DNA from: Thermoplasmatota archaeon
GTDB lineage: Archaea > Thermoplasmatota > Penumbrarchaeia > Penumbrarchaeales > Penumbrarchaeaceae
Reading direction: 5' to 3'
NCBI GenBank assembly: GCA_029762535.1
Contig: JARVGK010000006.1
Location: forward strand, 14,603-78,602
Length of the DNA: 64,000 nucleotides
This document shows, piece after piece, positions 58,977 to 64,000 of this stretch. A model generated the notes under the pieces. The model did not search any database and was not told where the DNA came from. It saw only the letters and a list, made by a program, of their open reading frames with translations. Position 1 is the stretch's first letter, and every line of letters begins with the position of its first letter. The position numbers and the translations under genes were made by a program.

Positions 58977-61148
58977 ATGAAAGAAAATCCGTTCGCTCAT
59001 GGAAGGTCCGGCGCGATCCTTGTCGTGCTGGTACTCGCGCTATCGGCAATGCTGTCGAATAGCGTTCAGGATGCAAGGGGCGCTCCCGGTGATATCGACG
59101 AGCCTTTCTCCTCGCCAGGTATTATATCGGACTTCGAGGTCAGCCCGGGATATGCCTTCAACACATCGAACCAGAGCGTGGAGATCTCATGGTCGTGGCC
59201 CGTACAGTGGGCTCCGAACACCTATCCTTACGAGATGTGGATACACCTCAGGAACCCTCAGGAGGCGATCGATGAGGAGATATCGCATTGGAACCTCAGC
59301 CATGGAGTTATGGCTCCCAGCTCCGTCCAATGGGTGCTGGACAACGATCTGCCGGTTTCCCCTCATTATGTCTTCAATATCACCGCGCTCGTTGTCAACG
59401 AAGGGTTCGACCCGGGGAACGACACACCTGTATATTACAGGGACCATGACGAGGAGCATTTCAGGATAGAGAACGGGATCCCCCTCATTGAGGGCATATT
59501 CAGCGATATGATGAGCGTGGACAATTCCGGAACGGAATATGTGAAACTATCGTTCCACTTCAGGAGGAACCATTCCGACCTTGACCTTGACCTCTTCGAA
59601 CTGGGATTCTTCAACACGGACTCGCTCCAATGGGTGGATATCGACATTTCGGAGCCGGACCTGGATAACCAGACCTTCGGAGACTATTCTTGGTCCGCAC
59701 ACACCCATGTGCAAATCCCATACGACACACCTGTAGGTAACTATCATATAGTATTCCACGCCGCGGATGTGTGGGGATACTCCGAGACATGGAACAGGAG
59801 CATTTTCAGCGTGCAACTCAGGCAGATGCCTCCTGTCCTTCTCAACGATACCTTTAAGATGGATGAGGATGACGAACTTATACTGGAACTCTCAACGATC
59901 TTCGAGGACCCCAACGGCGATGAACTGGCTTTCGATCTGGCCGATCCTATGTTCGAAAACGCCAGCGTCGTATTGGACAACGGCACTCTCTCCATCGCCC
60001 CGATCGAGGACTGGTTCGGAGATCTTTCCATCACTTTGCTCGTGAACGATTCGTATCATGGATACCTCCCCTACGTTCTCAATGTAGTTGTAAAGAACGT
60101 CAACGATCCCGCACGACCCGCTAACGACACGATAGCCGGCTACAAGGATACGATCCTGCTTCTCGATCTCGAGGAGTTCTTCATCGACATCGACGGACCG
60201 GGTCCAAAGACGTTCGAAATAGTAGGCGCTGGCCCCAACATCCAATACGAGCTGAACGCCACAAGCAAAGTTCTGGAGGTCATTCCCGTTGTGGATTTCG
60301 TCGGTGAGACGAACATCACGATAAAGGTCTTCGACGGGATGGAGAACGCAACGTACGATATCAGGATCCTTGTCGAGTGGACCTACCTATACATTAGCGG
60401 GTCGGTGATCTATCAGGACGCTGAGGTACATATCGAGGGCCTTACCGATGATCAAAAGATGATAGTCTTGACGTTCACAGGCCCGGAGACCTACGAACTG
60501 AGCTTGGACCCGGGAGAGAACTATACTCTCGATCTCAAGGATGGCCTCTATACTATGACCATCTCATGGAACATCCCCGCACAACTCGTTTACAACGTGA
60601 CCCAGAAGAGGTCCGGATACATCCTTCCGGATATGACCTCGCTTATCATTGACAGTAATATGGACCTTCCGATGATCATATCCTGGAAGGAATACGTTCC
60701 CGCAGCCGCCTCCTGGGAGGATATCGATTTCGAAATGGACAGGGTGGTCAAAGAGGGGTCCGAATACACGTTCAACATTCCCGTCAAGGACATCGCGAAG
60801 ATCAACTATGATTCGATACCCCTCAGGTTGGTGGTGGTCAACGACGAGGAGAAGAACGAGACAGTATCCTTCCCGTTCTTATTTAACGAGACCGAGAGCG
60901 AATTCCGCCTGAAGCTGACAAGGTCCGATCTCGAGACCATAAAGAAAGGAAAGGTGCACTACTACTTCACGGACGGAACTTTCGAGACCGAGAAAGTACC
61001 CTTCACCTTTGTATCGGAGGACAAGGTGGAGGCGAACATCATGACCATTGCGATACTTGTGATACTCATAATACTCGTATTGATCGCCCTCGTTTTCATC
61101 ATGAGAAAACCCGCCGATGAAGAGGACGAACCCTTATCCGAGGAATGA
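58977..61148 (+). CDS. Surface glycoprotein with cadherin/Ig-like domains and C-terminal TM
   Basis: Signal peptide, F.D.NGD.L and VNDP motifs, many N-x-S/T sequons, TM tail. Confidence 0.78.
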   Translation: MKENPFAHGRSGAILVVLVLALSAMLSNSVQDARGAPGDIDEPFSSPGIISDFEVSPGYAFNTSNQSVEISWSWPVQWAPNTYPYEMWIHLRNPQEAIDEEISHWNLSHGVMAPSSVQWVLDNDLPVSPHYVFNITALVVNEGFDPGNDTPVYYRDHDEEHFRIENGIPLIEGIFSDMMSVDNSGTEYVKLSFHFRRNHSDLDLDLFELGFFNTDSLQWVDIDISEPDLDNQTFGDYSWSAHTHVQIPYDTPVGNYHIVFHAADVWGYSETWNRSIFSVQLRQMPPVLLNDTFKMDEDDELILELSTIFEDPNGDELAFDLADPMFENASVVLDNGTLSIAPIEDWFGDLSITLLVNDSYHGYLPYVLNVVVKNVNDPARPANDTIAGYKDTILLLDLEEFFIDIDGPGPKTFEIVGAGPNIQYELNATSKVLEVIPVVDFVGETNITIKVFDGMENATYDIRILVEWTYLYISGSVIYQDAEVHIEGLTDDQKMIVLTFTGPETYELSLDPGENYTLDLKDGLYTMTISWNIPAQLVYNVTQKRSGYILPDMTSLIIDSNMDLPMIISWKEYVPAAASWEDIDFEMDRVVKEGSEYTFNIPVKDIAKINYDSIPLRLVVVNDEEKNETVSFPFLFNETESEFRLKLTRSDLETIKKGKVHYYFTDGTFETEKVPFTFVSEDKVEANIMTIAILVILIILVLIALVFIMRKPADEEDEPLSEE

Positions 61149-61212
61149 TGAGTTCAGATGATATCCCTCTCAACGAACAAGGTCGCGCGGTTTTTATACA
61201 TCGTGGGACCTC

Positions 61213-62061
61213 ATGAACGTCATGGGGCATGAGATATCATCCAAGGTCAAGGCCAATATATGGTCCAGGGATGATTTCAGCTGCCGTGTCTGCGGCCGGA
61301 CCCTGGGCTGGGATGAGCTCCACATAGGATATGCTGGAAGCGATCCTGAATCGATGATAACGCTGTGCAGTTCATGCGTGGCCTCAAAGGGAAAGCCGAT
61401 AAAGGACGAGAAGATAGCCAAGCTCGTCTGTTTCCTGAGGGACCTGGATTCGGCCGCAACGGAGTTCGAACCGGAAGAAGGCCCGGATCTGGAGCGGCTC
61501 ACTGGAAAGATCAAGGACCTGGACGAGGAGATCCGCTTCCTCAGGGAGGACAACGAGAAGAAGCTCAGGATGCTCATCACTTTCAAGAACAGGGCCGAAT
61601 CCGCGGAGAACGATTACAGGAACCTCAAGAACAGGACCGGAAAGGAGGTCGAGCTGAAGGTCGGGATGATCTCAAGGAAGCTAATACTTGGGTATGCATC
61701 CGCCATCGACGATCTCGACAGGGCGATAACCAACGGGATCGAGATCGAAGGGCTGATCCAGATCAAGAAGAGCATGTCAAGGGCCCTTGAGGAACTTGGA
61801 GTGGAGATGATCGTCCCGGAGGGGAAATTCGATCCCGGTTATCATGAGGCGGTGGACCTTAAGGTCACGGAGGAGGAGGATGGTATGATATTGAAGGTGA
61901 AATCCCCGGGTTACATCTTCGAGGGAAAGGTGATCCGCCCCGCCCAGGTCGTCGTGGCAAAGAACAAGGAGGAGGAACCCGAATTCGAGATAATCGAGGA
62001 CGAGGAGTTCGAGGTGAGATCCGCGAAGAAGCCTATAAAAAGACGATTGAAGAAAGAATGA
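61213..62061 (+). CDS. grpE: GrpE nucleotide exchange factor with N-terminal HNH-like zinc finger
   Basis: RDDFSCRVCG..ITLCSSC, coiled coil, IDDLDRA, FDPGYHEAV, GY....VIRPAQVVV. Confidence 0.85.
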   Translation: MNVMGHEISSKVKANIWSRDDFSCRVCGRTLGWDELHIGYAGSDPESMITLCSSCVASKGKPIKDEKIAKLVCFLRDLDSAATEFEPEEGPDLERLTGKIKDLDEEIRFLREDNEKKLRMLITFKNRAESAENDYRNLKNRTGKEVELKVGMISRKLILGYASAIDDLDRAITNGIEIEGLIQIKKSMSRALEELGVEMIVPEGKFDPGYHEAVDLKVTEEEDGMILKVKSPGYIFEGKVIRPAQVVVAKNKEEEPEFEIIEDEEFEVRSAKKPIKRRLKKE

Positions 62062-62208
62062 TCGACAAATATCGCTATCTCAGATGGATGATGCTACTGA
62101 TAACGCTATTTTGGACAAGTTTTACCAATCGACCTATAATCAAACCTCAATGAAAGGGCGAAACGACGTATCTATAATGGATCTTTTTCGTCTCAAATTC
62201 ATTAAGGT

Positions 62209-62248
62209 CATTCATCTATAATATAGATGGGTGGAAAAGCCTTAATAA
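62209..62248 (+). promoter_or_regulatory. Palindrome CATCTATA-A-TATAGATG just upstream of a TATA box (CTTAATAA)
   Basis: Direct inspection; lies 45-85 nt before ATG 62293. Confidence 0.45.
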
Positions 62249-62292
62249 CAACCCAGGTTAATTAATGCCATATCAAAGGGAGTTGGAGTATC

Positions 62293-63717
62293 ATGAACGA
62301 AAGAACGGTTCTGCCTATGGTTCATGTGATGGCACTACTGGCGATCCTCCTCTTTGCCGCCGATGGCAAGGCACAGGCGGAGGCACCTCAATGGAAGAAG
62401 GGCGACGAATGGTCGATGGGCTATGAAGCTGATCTCGGGGAGATGATCTCTTCGCTAATTGGATCCCTTGAAGAGGAGGATGAGTTCGGTTCAGTCGAAC
62501 ACGACATAAAGGGGACCACCGGCTATTACATGGTCTTCAGGATCGCCGATGTTACAGACACACAGTACACCATGGATATCTCGACAGGTGGCGGGATGGT
62601 CCTCGACGGGAGCATGAAGGTCATCACCGAGATGCCCGAAGAAGGGACCTACCGTTTCGAAGAATGGGATTTCGAACCCCCAATGGAGACCAAAGAGATA
62701 TCCATCGAGATCGACCTGGAGGTCTCCTTGAGAATAGATGGGACCGCCCATTTCACAAAGGAAACCCATAGGCTCGAGGAGTTAGAAATGCAGTTAACGC
62801 TCAAAGGAAGCGTTGATATCGCTCTAAGGAACTTCCCCCAGATCGATCATGCTTACGATGAAGAGACATATGAGGAGATAATGACCGTTGTATACACCGA
62901 TATGGACGTTTCGGGTTCGGCTGATATCAAGGTGACCCTGAGCATGTCCTTCGATCCTCCACTGGACCTATTCAACTTCCCTATCATAGAGGAAGAGGAG
63001 TGGGTAGCTGAGTCGAACGTTACGATCTCAGGGACCTATCAGGGTATATTGGACGCGGAGGGGTTGCCCGAAGAGATGATCGAGGACATGCTCGAAGAGG
63101 ACATGGCCTTGCCGATCATACTAGAGGAGATGGATACCGGGATCGAAGATATGGGAGGTGGGGTCATCGATGAGCAGGTGATCCCTTTGAGCCTTCAGAT
63201 AAGATGTACCGGGACCGAGATGGTGACTCTCGCTGACGGGTCCTCCCGGGAGGCTTACGTGATCCAGTTCGGCGACGATGATAGTTATGATGAATACTAT
63301 TTCGATGATGAACAATGGGATGATCACTATTACGATGAAGATCAAGGAGAGGATGACCCCTTTGAAATCGAGGAAGATAATTTTGGTTCGACATCATCCG
63401 ATATGAAGTTCCTGTACTGCCCGGAGGAGGGGTTCTTCGTATCCGCTAATATGGAAGGGATCGAGGATATATTCGGGATGGACGGCCTCTCCGATCAAAT
63501 CGACCCGTTCGAGCTGAGATCGATGAGGTCCAAGGATGCAGAGAAGAACATGGGTGCGTTCAAAGCGGATGGCTCCGGCAGTGATGATAACTCCCTCATC
63601 GAATTGGCTGGAATAGCCATTCTGATCGTTATTGTGATCATCATCGCCATGATCGCTGTTGCGGTCATCATCGCCGGGATGGTATTCGTGTTAAAGAATG
63701 GGAGATCCAAAAAATAG
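62293..63717 (+). CDS. Acidic secreted protein with C-terminal TM
   Basis: Signal peptide, APQWKKGDEW, D/E/Y-rich low-complexity tract, TM tail. Confidence 0.75.
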   Translation: MNERTVLPMVHVMALLAILLFAADGKAQAEAPQWKKGDEWSMGYEADLGEMISSLIGSLEEEDEFGSVEHDIKGTTGYYMVFRIADVTDTQYTMDISTGGGMVLDGSMKVITEMPEEGTYRFEEWDFEPPMETKEISIEIDLEVSLRIDGTAHFTKETHRLEELEMQLTLKGSVDIALRNFPQIDHAYDEETYEEIMTVVYTDMDVSGSADIKVTLSMSFDPPLDLFNFPIIEEEEWVAESNVTISGTYQGILDAEGLPEEMIEDMLEEDMALPIILEEMDTGIEDMGGGVIDEQVIPLSLQIRCTGTEMVTLADGSSREAYVIQFGDDDSYDEYYFDDEQWDDHYYDEDQGEDDPFEIEEDNFGSTSSDMKFLYCPEEGFFVSANMEGIEDIFGMDGLSDQIDPFELRSMRSKDAEKNMGAFKADGSGSDDNSLIELAGIAILIVIVIIIAMIAVAVIIAGMVFVLKNGRSKK

Positions 63718-63825
63718 AATATGGGAGCGCTAACAAGCATTCTCTCTTTTCTTGAGTAGGGATCCGCTATGATCGATCTTTGACTTCGATGAAAGTATAA
63801 CCTCCGAATGACCATTCCAAGAACT

Positions 63826-64000
63826 CTTAGGCCTTTTCCTTTCAGCAAAAGATGGTGCGAGGGCTGTGATGTTTGGAACGCGTTGAATTGACGATATACA
63901 AGTTCCAAACATATGGAAAATGGCCTCAAGCAATTATGAAGCATAATTTTTCATCAGTAAATTGTTGTAGAGCACCATTTTCCGCAACAATGAAAATATG
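63826..64000 (+). ncRNA. Candidate structured RNA with kissing loop (possibly truncated by window end)
   Basis: Nested stems and a 10-nt loop-loop complementarity (63849-63858 with 63972-63981); no convincing ORF. Confidence 0.5.

Noticed and set aside
62080-62102. Possible C/D-box sRNA (ATGATG...CTGA)
   Set aside because: Box C is imperfect and the spacing leaves no guide region.
63265-63380. GAT/GAA/TAT-rich quasi-repeat
   Set aside because: Encodes an acidic low-complexity linker, not a separate element.
63855-63859. GTGCG as a group II intron 5' end
   Set aside because: A five-base match only; the would-be EBS1 is too close and no domain V or RT is visible.
63495-63944. Minus-strand ORFs of 149 and 67 aa
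   Set aside because: No recognisable motif; one overlaps a real gene antisense, and the region is better explained by RNA structure.

Overview
Gene-dense chromosomal window from an archaeon, most likely Thermoplasmatota (inference from TATA-box promoters, GGTGA/GGAGG ribosome-binding sites, a PolB2 polymerase, TreT, an archaeal-type PRK and many C-terminally anchored Ig/PKD surface proteins). I found no rRNA, tRNA, CRISPR array or transposase. Content: trehalose genes (TPSP, TreT), phosphoribulokinase, a lone CrtW-type ketolase, a P-type ATPase, a WbpE/B/D diacetamido-sugar cluster, PolB2, flavodoxins and a nitroreductase, an orphan DNA methyltransferase, an aconitase-citD-citE-citF-icd operon with a divergent double-Lrp regulator, a leuA/leuC/leuD-like operon, bacterial-type queA-tgt, a CcdA/thioredoxin fusion and several surface proteins. 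Most notable: (1) the citrate lyase acyl-carrier protein lacks its prosthetic-group Ser and no citC/G/X is present, suggesting a free-CoA citrate/2-oxoglutarate module; (2) a LeuD-YrdC(TsaC) fusion with an altered amino-acid pocket; (3) repeated evidence for non-canonical start codons (CTG, ATA, ATC); (4) heavily structured intergenic RNA candidates at 39.1 kb and 63.8 kb, the latter with a predicted kissing loop; (5) queuosine genes, CrtW and an HNH-GrpE fusion in an archaeon. All family calls are from motif recognition by eye; no database search or folding program was run.
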